Assembly: GCA_965215555.1 (NCBI GenBank)
Contig: OZ244071.1
Span: 1,038,471-1,102,470 of the forward strand
Reading direction: 5' to 3'
Length of the DNA stretch: 64,000 nucleotides
Source of the DNA: Dehalococcoidia bacterium
GTDB lineage: Bacteria > Chloroflexota > Dehalococcoidia > Bin125
Part shown: piece by piece, positions 18,540 through 28,957 of the stretch
Layout: every line of letters starts with the position of its first letter
How positions within the stretch are numbered: position 1 is the stretch's first letter
Position numbers and translations under genes: made by a program
Notes under the pieces: model-generated
The model's database searches: none
The model's input: only the letters and a program-made list of their open reading frames with translations
Told to the model about the DNA's origin: nothing

Positions 18540-18874
18540 CGAATTCGCATCCTTGTTCCTGGCTGATGGTAGCGAGTTTGCTCGCCGGGAGTCGATATCC
18601 ACCCGGTGACGACATGGGACAGTTGGTCGTGACTTGGCACTTCGAGAATGAAGGTCAGAAGACGGCCACGAAGATCCGGGCCAACCATTTTGACTCGTTC
18701 AGGTTGTACACCCTCGTTTCCCAACTCGTCGAATCGAGGTCTGGAAGGTTGAGGAAAGTACTTGGCCGGACCAGTCCAGACGTCATTGGCATCGTCAAGC
18801 GTCAGGCCGTGCGACCGCAAATGCTCATCACTGACACCATTGCCAGTGACGCCGCGATATGGGATTTCAGGCAA
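18536..18874 (-). CDS. BrnT-like toxin (second copy)
   Basis: MPEIPYRGVTGNGVSDEHLRSHGLTLDDANDVWTGPAKYF...GRLLTFILEV...VVTGW...TRYHQPG. Confidence 0.55.
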   Translation of the reverse strand: MPEIPYRGVTGNGVSDEHLRSHGLTLDDANDVWTGPAKYFPQPSRPRFDELGNEGVQPERVKMVGPDLRGRLLTFILEVPSHDQLSHVVTGWISTPGEQTRYHQPGTRMRIR

Positions 18875-18893
18875 GTCTATTCACACCACTGTG

Positions 18894-18929
18894 ACAACGA
18901 AGCCCCGCCGATGGCGGGGCTTCGTTGTT
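18894..18929 (-). terminator. Perfect 15-16-bp stem hairpin downstream of aceA
   Basis: acaacgaagccccgcc-gatg-gcggggcttcgttgt, immediately 3' of the aceA stop. Weak U-tract. Confidence 0.5.
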
Positions 18930-18948
18930 GCTTGACCGGTCGTCAGGA

Positions 18949-20277
<1,329 letters not shown>

Positions 20278-20334
20278 CAGGGATCCTCCGTGGCTGTACG
20301 TGGCCGAACCTTGGCGTCGGTTCACGTCTCTCAG

Positions 20335-20421
20335 CGGCTTGGTCTAGCCGTTATGCCTGTGGTTGGGTGCTCGCTTACTTTGACCTGTCATGGCCTCTTG
20401 GTCTAGCCGAACGGTCTAGTC
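20335..20421. repeat. Direct repeats cttggtctagccg (x2) plus partial ggtctagtcg in the aceB-aceA intergenic region
   Basis: Seen directly at 20338-20350 and 20397-20409; partial third at 20411-20421. Confidence 0.4.
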
Positions 20422-22071
20422 GAGGTATTCGTAAGCGGGCAACGTAAGGAACTCAGGGAACTCCTCGGTCAGTACGAGTTGATCGAGAATCTCGACCGCG
20501 TCGCCAAAGCGGGATGCTTCCGAACCGCCCAGCGAGGCCAGTTCCTCGTCGCGCAGCGTTTCGTACAGGTCCGACGTGATCGAGCGGCCGTCGTCGAGCT
20601 CGGCATTGTGTTGAATCCACTGCCAGAGCTGTCCACGGGAGATCTCCGCCGTCGCTGCGTCTTCCATGAGGTTGTTTATTGCAGCCGCGCCGACTCCATT
20701 GAGCCAGCTATTGATGTACTGCAACGCCACAGAGATGTTCAGTCTCAATCCGGCTTCCGAAACCGAACCGCCGGACTGATCGAGCGAAACGAGGTCGCTG
20801 GCGGCAACGCTCACGTCCTCGCGCATCCGCTCGCGTTGGTTGCGGGCGCCCTTGAGATTGGTCTCAAAGATGTCGCGGGCAACGTTCACCAGGTCAGGGT
20901 GCGCGACCCAGGTGCCGTCGAAGCCGTCGGTCGACTCTCGTTCCTTGTCGGCGCGCACGCCGGTTAGAGCGATCTCGTTGATCTCAGGGTCGCGCCGCGA
21001 GGGAATGAATGCGGCCATGCCGCCCATCGCGTGTGCACCGCGCTTGTGACAGGTACGCACCAACAGCTCGGTGTAGGCACGCATGAACGGTGTCGTCATG
21101 GTCACCTGGACGCGGTCGGGCAGGGTGAAGGTCGGTTGCGATTTGAACCGCTTGACCGCCGAGAAGATGTAGTCCCAGCGACCGGCATTGAGTCCGGCGG
21201 AGTGGTTGCGCAGCTCGTAGAGGATTTCTTCCATCTCGAATGCTGCCGGCAGCGTCTCGATCAGCACCGTCGCGCGGATGCTGCCCTGGGGCACGCCAAG
21301 ATCGTCCTGGGCCTTGACGAAGGCGTCATTCCAGAGGCGCGCTTCCAGGTGTGATTCCAGTTTGGGCAGATAGAAGTAGGGGCCGGTCCCACGAGCGACG
21401 CGCTCGGCGGCGTTGTGGAACATGTACATGCCGAAATCGAACAATGAAGCGGCGACCGGTTCGCCGTCGACCAGCACGTGTTTCTCGTCCAGGTGCCAGC
21501 CGCGCGGCCGAATCAACAGCGTGGCGATCTGCTCATTGAGCGTGCGCACCGAACCGTCGGGGTTCTCGAAGGTGATTTCCCGGCGAACAGCGTCGCGGGC
21601 GTTGATCTGCCCATTGACGACATTGTCCCAGGTCGGCGACAAGGAGTCTTCGAAGTCGGCCATGAATGCATCGGCGCCCGAGTTGAGCGCGCCGATCATC
21701 ATCTTGCGGTCGACCGGGCCGGTGATCTCAGCCCAGCGCTGTTGCAGGTCTTCAGGTGTCGGAGCGACCTGCCAGGAGCCGAAGCGCACTTCCTCGGTGT
21801 CGGAGAGGAAGTCGGGCAGCGCGCCCTGGTCAAACTCGGCCTGGCGCACCATGCGGCGCTCCAGCAGTTCCTGCCGGCGGGCGTTGAACTTCCGGTGCAG
21901 ACCCGCGACAAATGCCAACGCGTCTTCGGTCAGAATCGCGTCGAAGCCGTCCTGTATGGCTCCGACGACTTCAACGCCGTCCGGAGTACTGATTTCGGTG
22001 GTCTGGGTCATCGAAGTGCTCAGTCCCTGCTCGCGGTCTCTCTGCCGCATGGTGGTGATGACAGGCTTCAC
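20416..22071 (-). CDS. aceB: Malate synthase A
   Basis: ~530-550 aa with MSA-type blocks ([36 protein letters not shown]). Start uncertain; alternative M at 22011. Confidence 0.85.
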   Translation of the reverse strand: MKPVITTMRQRDREQGLSTSMTQTTEISTPDGVEVVGAIQDGFDAILTEDALAFVAGLHRKFNARRQELLERRMVRQAEFDQGALPDFLSDTEEVRFGSWQVAPTPEDLQQRWAEITGPVDRKMMIGALNSGADAFMADFEDSLSPTWDNVVNGQINARDAVRREITFENPDGSVRTLNEQIATLLIRPRGWHLDEKHVLVDGEPVAASLFDFGMYMFHNAAERVARGTGPYFYLPKLESHLEARLWNDAFVKAQDDLGVPQGSIRATVLIETLPAAFEMEEILYELRNHSAGLNAGRWDYIFSAVKRFKSQPTFTLPDRVQVTMTTPFMRAYTELLVRTCHKRGAHAMGGMAAFIPSRRDPEINEIALTGVRADKERESTDGFDGTWVAHPDLVNVARDIFETNLKGARNQRERMREDVSVAASDLVSLDQSGGSVSEAGLRLNISVALQYINSWLNGVGAAAINNLMEDAATAEISRGQLWQWIQHNAELDDGRSITSDLYETLRDEELASLGGSEASRFGDAVEILDQLVLTEEFPEFLTLPAYEYLD

Positions 22072-22287
22072 ACGACGATCGTGGGAGCCGTTTGTGAGTA
22101 TCCTTTGTGAACGTTTGATTAAGGTACGGATGATGCGGGTGTCGTCAATAGTTAGCGGTATTCACCATAGATGATTTTGATATCGCAAGTAATCCAGTCG
22201 ATAGAAATGGCCTCCAGCCCACAATCACGCCTCGCCATTGCCAGAGGAGTATCCTGAGAGGCCACCATAGACCGAGGAGCGCGACCG

Positions 22288-22923
22288 ATGACGACCAATG
22301 ACTCCCAGCCGACCAAGTCAACGGTTGGCAACTTCAACGTCTCCGGGATCAACCATCTGGCGCTCGTCTGTCACGACATGCAGCGCACGGTCGACTTCTA
22401 CAGCGGGGTCTTGGGTTTCCCGCTGGTCAAGACGATCGAGCTGCCTGGCGACATGGGTCAGCACTTCTTCTTCGACATCGGCAACGGCGACTGTCTGGCC
22501 TTCTTCAACTTCCCCAATGCGCCCGAGCCGGCACCGGGAATTGCGTCTCCCGATCCCAACACGTTCTTCGACCCGTCGGCGGAACTGGTGACGGCCGTAG
22601 CTTCGATGAACCACGTCGCCTTCAATGTCGACGCGGACGAGATCGAGGCGATGCGGGACAAACTGATTGACGCCGGCGTGCGCTGTACGCCAATCCTGAA
22701 CCATGATGATTCAGAGCGCGGCATCGCTCGCGAGAATCATCCCGGCGTCTTCGTGCGCTCCGTCTACTTCTACGATCCCGACGGGATCATGCTGGAATTC
22801 GCGGCCTGGACGCGTGCGATGCGGCCCGACGATGTGCGACATGCTCCGGGCAAAGCGGCAGACAACACGGCAGACAAGGCGGCGGACAGGGCAGCGGAGC
22901 TGGTCGCCGCCGTCGCAGACTGA
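22288..22923 (+). CDS. VOC family protein (glyoxalase / extradiol dioxygenase fold)
   Basis: GINHLALVCHDMQRTVDFYSGVLGF and a second beta-alpha-beta-beta-beta module (MNHVAFNV...). Confidence 0.7.
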   Translation: MTTNDSQPTKSTVGNFNVSGINHLALVCHDMQRTVDFYSGVLGFPLVKTIELPGDMGQHFFFDIGNGDCLAFFNFPNAPEPAPGIASPDPNTFFDPSAELVTAVASMNHVAFNVDADEIEAMRDKLIDAGVRCTPILNHDDSERGIARENHPGVFVRSVYFYDPDGIMLEFAAWTRAMRPDDVRHAPGKAADNTADKAADRAAELVAAVAD

Positions 22924-23141
22924 CCAGAACTCAGTTCTCTTCACCACATCCCGACTGTCACTTTGTGACGTTGGCGCTGCGTCGGTGACGGCGGGCGCAC
23001 TTTTCTCGTACAGCGCGACGCAGTTGCTTGCAGGTTCGGGAACAAACTCGTTGCCATTTTCGTACTGTTGGAGAGCGCGCTGGAACCCTGCTGCTCGGAG
23101 CAGCAAGCAACGCCAGTAGCACTGAACGAAAGGGGGATCGG

Positions 23142-24755
<1,614 letters not shown>

Positions 24756-24815
24756 ATCACCATCCGCCCGGGCTCGTTGAGTCCGGGCGTACGGCCGCTA
24801 AGCTGATCTGAGTAA

Positions 24816-24890
24816 GCGGGGGTAGCTCAGGGGTAGAGCTCCTGCCTTCCAAGCAGGTGGCCGCGGGTTCGAATCCCGTCCCCCGCTCCA
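24816..24890 (+). tRNA. tRNA-Gly (anticodon TCC), CCA encoded
   Basis: Cloverleaf folded by hand: acceptor gcggggg/cccccgc, anticodon stem cctgc/gcagg, loop cttccaa. Confidence 0.85.
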
Positions 24891-24915
24891 CTCGGCTCGC
24901 CAGTTCGAACTACGT

Positions 24916-24995
24916 GTAGGGGCGTCCCTTGTGGGCGTCCTTCCCTGTTGGACTCTGCACCACCGCCAAGCGGGTGCCCACAAGGGGCACCCTAC
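24916..24995. repeat. Imperfect inverted repeat (gtaggggcgtcccttgtgggc ... gcccacaaggggcaccctac) downstream of tRNA-Gly
   Basis: 11-bp plus 6-bp stems with an internal loop; a third arm copy at 25093-25115. Confidence 0.5.
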
Positions 24996-25199
24996 GAAAC
25001 ACCATCGCTACTGCAGCCGCAACAGAATCTCAGTTTGCCACTTCAACTGATCCAGCTCTGCCTCCGGATCGGTGAAGTACCATAGCCACGCGGGCCCCCA
25101 CAAGGAGCGCCCCTACGAAACGCCGACTCTACTGCAGCGGCAACAGAATCTCAGTATGCCACTTCGATTGATCCGGCTCCGCCTCTGGATCGGTGATGT
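24976..25199. repeat. Tandem ~120-bp duplication (2 units, ~87% identical), each carrying the last ~23 codons of a GyrI-like gene
   Basis: Unit 1 (24976-25078) encodes ...YFTDPEAELDQLKWQTEILLRLQ* on the minus strand with no upstream gene body (a 3' fragment). Unit 2 (25096-25199) is the 3' end of the intact gene 25129-25581. Confidence 0.6.
25008..25078 (-). pseudogene. 3'-terminal fragment of a GyrI-like domain gene (third copy remnant)
   Basis: In-frame ...DPEAELDQLKWQTEILLRLQ*, versus ...DPEAEPDQSKWHTEILLPLQ* in the intact neighbour. Confidence 0.5.
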
Positions 25200-25581
25200 A
25201 GCGCTCGATTGGACCGCTGCTTGGCGCCCGGCCGAGCTTCTCGACGAAGGGCCAGATTGACTCGTGGGTCTGCGCGAGCTGATCGTACGGACCGAAATGG
25301 TCGGCCTTGACGGCGTCGCAGGCTGGCATGTCCAGCAGTTCCAGTGGTTCTGCCAGCTCGACATCGTCGCCAATCTCGATGCCCGCCGAAATCGACATCT
25401 GATTTGCATCCATCGAGTGGTAGACGGCAATCACGTGACCCATCTCGGTCACACCCTGCTCGGTCAATGCGGCGTACACCGCCGGGAAGATGCGCGCAAA
25501 CGTGTCGGGCAGCTCCTCGGTCGACGCGTTGGCGTGTATCACAGCAGCTCGTCTGGCGGCTAGCTGAACAACCTCAGGCAT
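25129..25581 (-). CDS. GyrI-like small-molecule-binding domain protein (AraC-effector-binding/SOUL-like fold)
   Basis: 150 aa from MPEVVQLAARRAAVIH; paralog of 25619-26077. Confidence 0.6.
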   Translation of the reverse strand: MPEVVQLAARRAAVIHANASTEELPDTFARIFPAVYAALTEQGVTEMGHVIAVYHSMDANQMSISAGIEIGDDVELAEPLELLDMPACDAVKADHFGPYDQLAQTHESIWPFVEKLGRAPSSGPIERYITDPEAEPDQSKWHTEILLPLQ

Positions 25582-25618
25582 GTCGATCCTCCATTTGCGA
25601 CTCTGTGTTTGGAACAGA

Positions 25619-26077
25619 CTACGACAGTGGTAACCAGATCTCGGTATGCCACTTGGACTGATCCGGTTCCGCGTCGGGCAACGTGAGATAGCGCTCAACG
25701 ACCATGCCGCTCGGAGTGCGACCTAGCGAGTCCAGTTCCGCCTCCAACTGAGCCTGCGTCTGTCGGAAGTCGGCAAACAGGTACGGTCCGAAGTGATCAA
25801 TCGTTCCGGCCTCACAACCCCCCAGCTCAAGCAGCGCCAATGGTTCCCGAGGTGCATAAGCGCCCTGAAACTCGATTCCCGCCGACAACACCAACTCTTC
25901 CTCCCCGATCGAGTGATAGACCGCGACCACTTCTGCCAGTTCGGCTCCGCCCTGATCCTGGATTGCCTCCCAAATCGCCGGATACATCTCTGCAAAGGTG
26001 GCCACCAGATTGTCTTGAGTGGTGACCGCGTGAAACACGGCAGCGCGACGCGCAGCCATCCATTGGACTATCGACAC
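25619..26077 (-). CDS. GyrI-like domain protein (tandem paralog)
   Basis: 152 aa, ~45% identical to 25129-25581; same C-terminus SKWHTEIWLPLS. Confidence 0.6.
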   Translation of the reverse strand: MSIVQWMAARRAAVFHAVTTQDNLVATFAEMYPAIWEAIQDQGGAELAEVVAVYHSIGEEELVLSAGIEFQGAYAPREPLALLELGGCEAGTIDHFGPYLFADFRQTQAQLEAELDSLGRTPSGMVVERYLTLPDAEPDQSKWHTEIWLPLS

Positions 26078-26631
26078 TTGATCACTCGCAGTTCGGTCAC
26101 AATCAGATCTACCGGCTCGTCGTAGCTCACTCGCGGGATGGTATCGACCAATTGCATTTCATATGCCAGGGCGATCCGTAGGCTCTCGCTCTGCGAGAGA
26201 AAACGGTCGTAGTAGCCGCCGCCCATGCCCAACCGATGTCCGTCGGTGCTGAACGCAACACCTGGGACAACCACAATCTCCGAAGAATCCGCATCGCCTG
26301 GAGCGCACAACTCCGGATCCGGTTCTTGTAGGCCAAACGCCGAGTCAGTCAACTGGGACAGCTCAGTCACCTCACGGTGGTCCAGTTGTCCGTGCGGGCG
26401 AATACGTGGGCAGATGACCCGCTTGTGATCGCGCAACGCGCCTTCAATCAAGCGCTTCGTGCGCGCTTCACCAGGCAGCGCTCCGACGTAGCAATGCACG
26501 ATTCCGGCCTGGCGCCACTGCTCCAGAGCGCTCACCCGAGCACAGATCGCCGTCGACCAACCATCAACAAGTTCAACTGGCAATGAAGCCCTTGACGCTC
26601 GAAACATCCGTCTCAGACCGGACTTCGACAT
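26068..26631 (-). CDS. 5-formyltetrahydrofolate cyclo-ligase family protein
   Basis: GMGGGYYDR signature, 187 aa. Confidence 0.7.
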   Translation of the reverse strand: MSKSGLRRMFRASRASLPVELVDGWSTAICARVSALEQWRQAGIVHCYVGALPGEARTKRLIEGALRDHKRVICPRIRPHGQLDHREVTELSQLTDSAFGLQEPDPELCAPGDADSSEIVVVPGVAFSTDGHRLGMGGGYYDRFLSQSESLRIALAYEMQLVDTIPRVSYDEPVDLIVTELRVIKCR

Positions 26632-26648
26632 GGCATCGACCGCGGATT

Positions 26649-27494
26649 CTATGGCAGACCTGCGCCGCCGACTTCGACGTCGAAGGCTCGAATGCGTCCC
26701 TGTCGCGGATCGCCTGGCTGAGGATTCGATGTCGGCGCTTCAAGCGAGAACAGCGTCTTGCGTTCCTCGCCGCCCAGCATGCAGGCATACACGCCCATGT
26801 CGGGCACCTCTATCCGTTCCAGGACTTCGCCGCCCTCGGCGACGCGAACCAGTGCGCCGGGATTCGTCGGCACCGCGACCCAGATTGCGCCGTCGGCGTC
26901 GAGACAGATGCCATCAGGCGGGAAACCCAAGTCCGCCCAGACTCGTTGGTTCGATAGTGAGCCGTCCGGCTCGATATCGAAGGCGGTCAAGCGCTGACCC
27001 CAGCTCTCGCCGACAATCAGCGTGCCGCCATCGGATGTGATCACGGTGCCATTGGGAAACTGGATGCCGTCGGCCACGATGGACGATTCACCATCGGTCG
27101 TGACTTTGACAATCGTGGTCGCACGAGGCGCAGAGCCATCAGTGAGGTCAAAGCCGAAGTTGCCGATGTACGCGTTGCCGACGGCGTCAACCACCATGTC
27201 GTTGCAGTGATACGGCGCCTGGTCGGAGATGTCCGCAACCTCGTACAACCCGTCGGGATCCAGCCGCAACAGCTTGCGGTCGGTCATCGAGACGATCAGC
27301 AGGCGTCCATCGGGAAGGAAGCCCAGCCCCGAGGGCTGGTTGGGAACTTCGACAATCGTCTCGCGCTCGCCGTCGGGGGTGACTGCGACGACTTCGTGAG
27401 CATGCATATCGGAGAACCAGAGCCGGCCCTCAAACCAGCGAGGACCTTCGGGAAACACCAGCTCATCCAGGACCAACCGAGGGTCGCGTGACAT
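26649..27494 (-). CDS. SMP-30/gluconolactonase/LRE family beta-propeller protein
   Basis: EGPRW, NDMVVD, PNG and PDG repeats typical of the SGL fold. Confidence 0.75.
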   Translation of the reverse strand: MSRDPRLVLDELVFPEGPRWFEGRLWFSDMHAHEVVAVTPDGERETIVEVPNQPSGLGFLPDGRLLIVSMTDRKLLRLDPDGLYEVADISDQAPYHCNDMVVDAVGNAYIGNFGFDLTDGSAPRATTIVKVTTDGESSIVADGIQFPNGTVITSDGGTLIVGESWGQRLTAFDIEPDGSLSNQRVWADLGFPPDGICLDADGAIWVAVPTNPGALVRVAEGGEVLERIEVPDMGVYACMLGGEERKTLFSLEAPTSNPQPGDPRQGRIRAFDVEVGGAGLP

Positions 27495-27510
27495 CTGCGC
27501 TCCGTATTGT

Positions 27511-27747
27511 CTAGTCGGCTTCTAGCAGCTCGCTGCGCTGCGCACTCGCGGCACGACGGTCTGCCTCTTCAAGCGCAGCGTTCCTGATGAACCGAGTGAT
27601 TTTCGTGTCTCGGTTCAAGCCCCGTTTCAGTCGTTGCACATCATCCGGCGAAAACTCGACCTCGATGATCATCCGTCCAGGAGTCTGACGCTCACCCACC
27701 AATTCCGCAGTGTCTGCGGAAATCTCCTCGTCACGGTGAACACTCAT
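27511..27747 (-). CDS. BrnA-like RHH antitoxin (third copy)
   Basis: ...MIIEVEFSPDDVQRLKRGLNRDTKITRFIRNAALEEA; ATGA overlap with the toxin. Confidence 0.55.
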   Translation of the reverse strand: MSVHRDEEISADTAELVGERQTPGRMIIEVEFSPDDVQRLKRGLNRDTKITRFIRNAALEEADRRAASAQRSELLEAD

Positions 27748-28091
27748 CGGCGACGCGTCCTTCCACCCGGCTGACGATACCTCGCCTGCTGACCTTTGTC
27801 TGCAGGGTAGCCAGTTACAACGTGGGACGTTCCGTTCTTGGCAGGCAACTCAAGCACGATCATGAGGAGCTGGCCAAGTTGATTTGGCCCGATCATCCTC
27901 AGTCGCCTCGGTTGGCGGAACCAGACGCCGTCTTCATCCAAACCCGATCTGGCATCTTGAGGGAAGAACTTCGCTGGCCCATCATAGACCTCCTGGGCGT
28001 CCACAAATGTCAGGCCATGAGCGGCGAGTTCTTCGTCTGTTGCGTCATTGCCGGTGAGACCATACCTGGGAATCTCAAACACCGGACGCAA
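27744..28091 (-). CDS. BrnT-like toxin (third copy)
   Basis: MRPVFEIPRYGLTGNDATDEELAAHGLTFVDAQEVYDGPAKFF...GQLLMIVLEL...VVTGY...ARYRQPGGR. Confidence 0.55.
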   Translation of the reverse strand: MRPVFEIPRYGLTGNDATDEELAAHGLTFVDAQEVYDGPAKFFPQDARSGLDEDGVWFRQPRRLRMIGPNQLGQLLMIVLELPAKNGTSHVVTGYPADKGQQARYRQPGGRTRRR

Positions 28092-28130
28092 CTCCTTCTA
28101 GAACAAGCAATCCTGGAAATGGGATTCACT

Positions 28131-28937
28131 TCAGCCATTCGGATAGACATCGAGCAGCTCGAACCTTGGACCGTCCTTGCAGCAGAGCTTCACTCCTTGC
28201 TTGGTGAAGACGGCGCAGCCGTAGCAGATGCCGGTTCCGCAGGCCATTTCGGTTTCCATCAGAATTTGGACCGGGCGATTCATGCCGTCTCGCCGGACGA
28301 TGGGCGACATTGCTCGGAACATTGGGACCGGGCCGCAGGCGAACGACTGGTCGGCCCAGGTCAGGTACTCGGCAAACAGATCAGTGACGAATCCCTGGGT
28401 GCCCATCGAACCGTCTTCTGTCGAGACCTGGTACTCGACCTGCGGCGGCAAGAGCTCGGCCGGATAGACACCATCAGCGCCGCGTGCACCGAAACAAAGG
28501 ACGATTGACCGCGATCGCGATGAACGCTCGGATTCCGCATCCGCCAATGCCACCAGCGGAGCAATCCCCACGCCGCCACCGACGAGCAACAGATTCGAGG
28601 CCGTACGTCGCACGTCGAATCCTCGGCCCAGCGGTCCGGTCATCCAGACCCGGTCTCCCGGTTGCATCGTTGCCATCTGCTCGGTGACCCGTCCGATGAC
28701 GGTGTACAACAGCGCGAAATGGCGCTCGGAGTCCCTCGCCGAGGCGAAGCGGAATCGGTAGTAGGAAAACGCACGAGGTAACAGCGGATCGAAGGTTCCG
28801 TGCTCGCTGCCGGGATCAACCATCACAAACTGGCCTGGCTGCGCATGCTGCGAGAGCGACGGCGCGTCGTACCAGGTGACGAACGTGCCGGGATAGATTT
28901 CTTCGGTCTCGATCACCCGGGCGGCGGCTCGACGCAC
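28131..28937 (-). CDS. pyrK: Dihydroorotate dehydrogenase electron-transfer subunit (FAD/2Fe-2S)
   Basis: FAD-binding RAFS-type motif, NAD-binding GGGVGIAP, C-terminal CGTGICYGC Fe-S cluster motif. Confidence 0.8.
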   Translation of the reverse strand: MRRAAARVIETEEIYPGTFVTWYDAPSLSQHAQPGQFVMVDPGSEHGTFDPLLPRAFSYYRFRFASARDSERHFALLYTVIGRVTEQMATMQPGDRVWMTGPLGRGFDVRRTASNLLLVGGGVGIAPLVALADAESERSSRSRSIVLCFGARGADGVYPAELLPPQVEYQVSTEDGSMGTQGFVTDLFAEYLTWADQSFACGPVPMFRAMSPIVRRDGMNRPVQILMETEMACGTGICYGCAVFTKQGVKLCCKDGPRFELLDVYPNG

Positions 28938-28957
28938 CTGATTGACTCCCGGGTTCC

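Noticed and set aside
21413-22174. 253-aa and 210-aa plus-strand ORFs over aceB
   Set aside because: Antisense to malate synthase, which has clear family motifs; S/R-rich junk translation.
24816-26077. Integrated prophage or genomic island at tRNA-Gly
   Set aside because: No integrase, excisionase or phage genes and no tRNA 3'-end direct repeat found. Only GyrI-like paralogues and a short tandem duplication, so described as a recombination scar.
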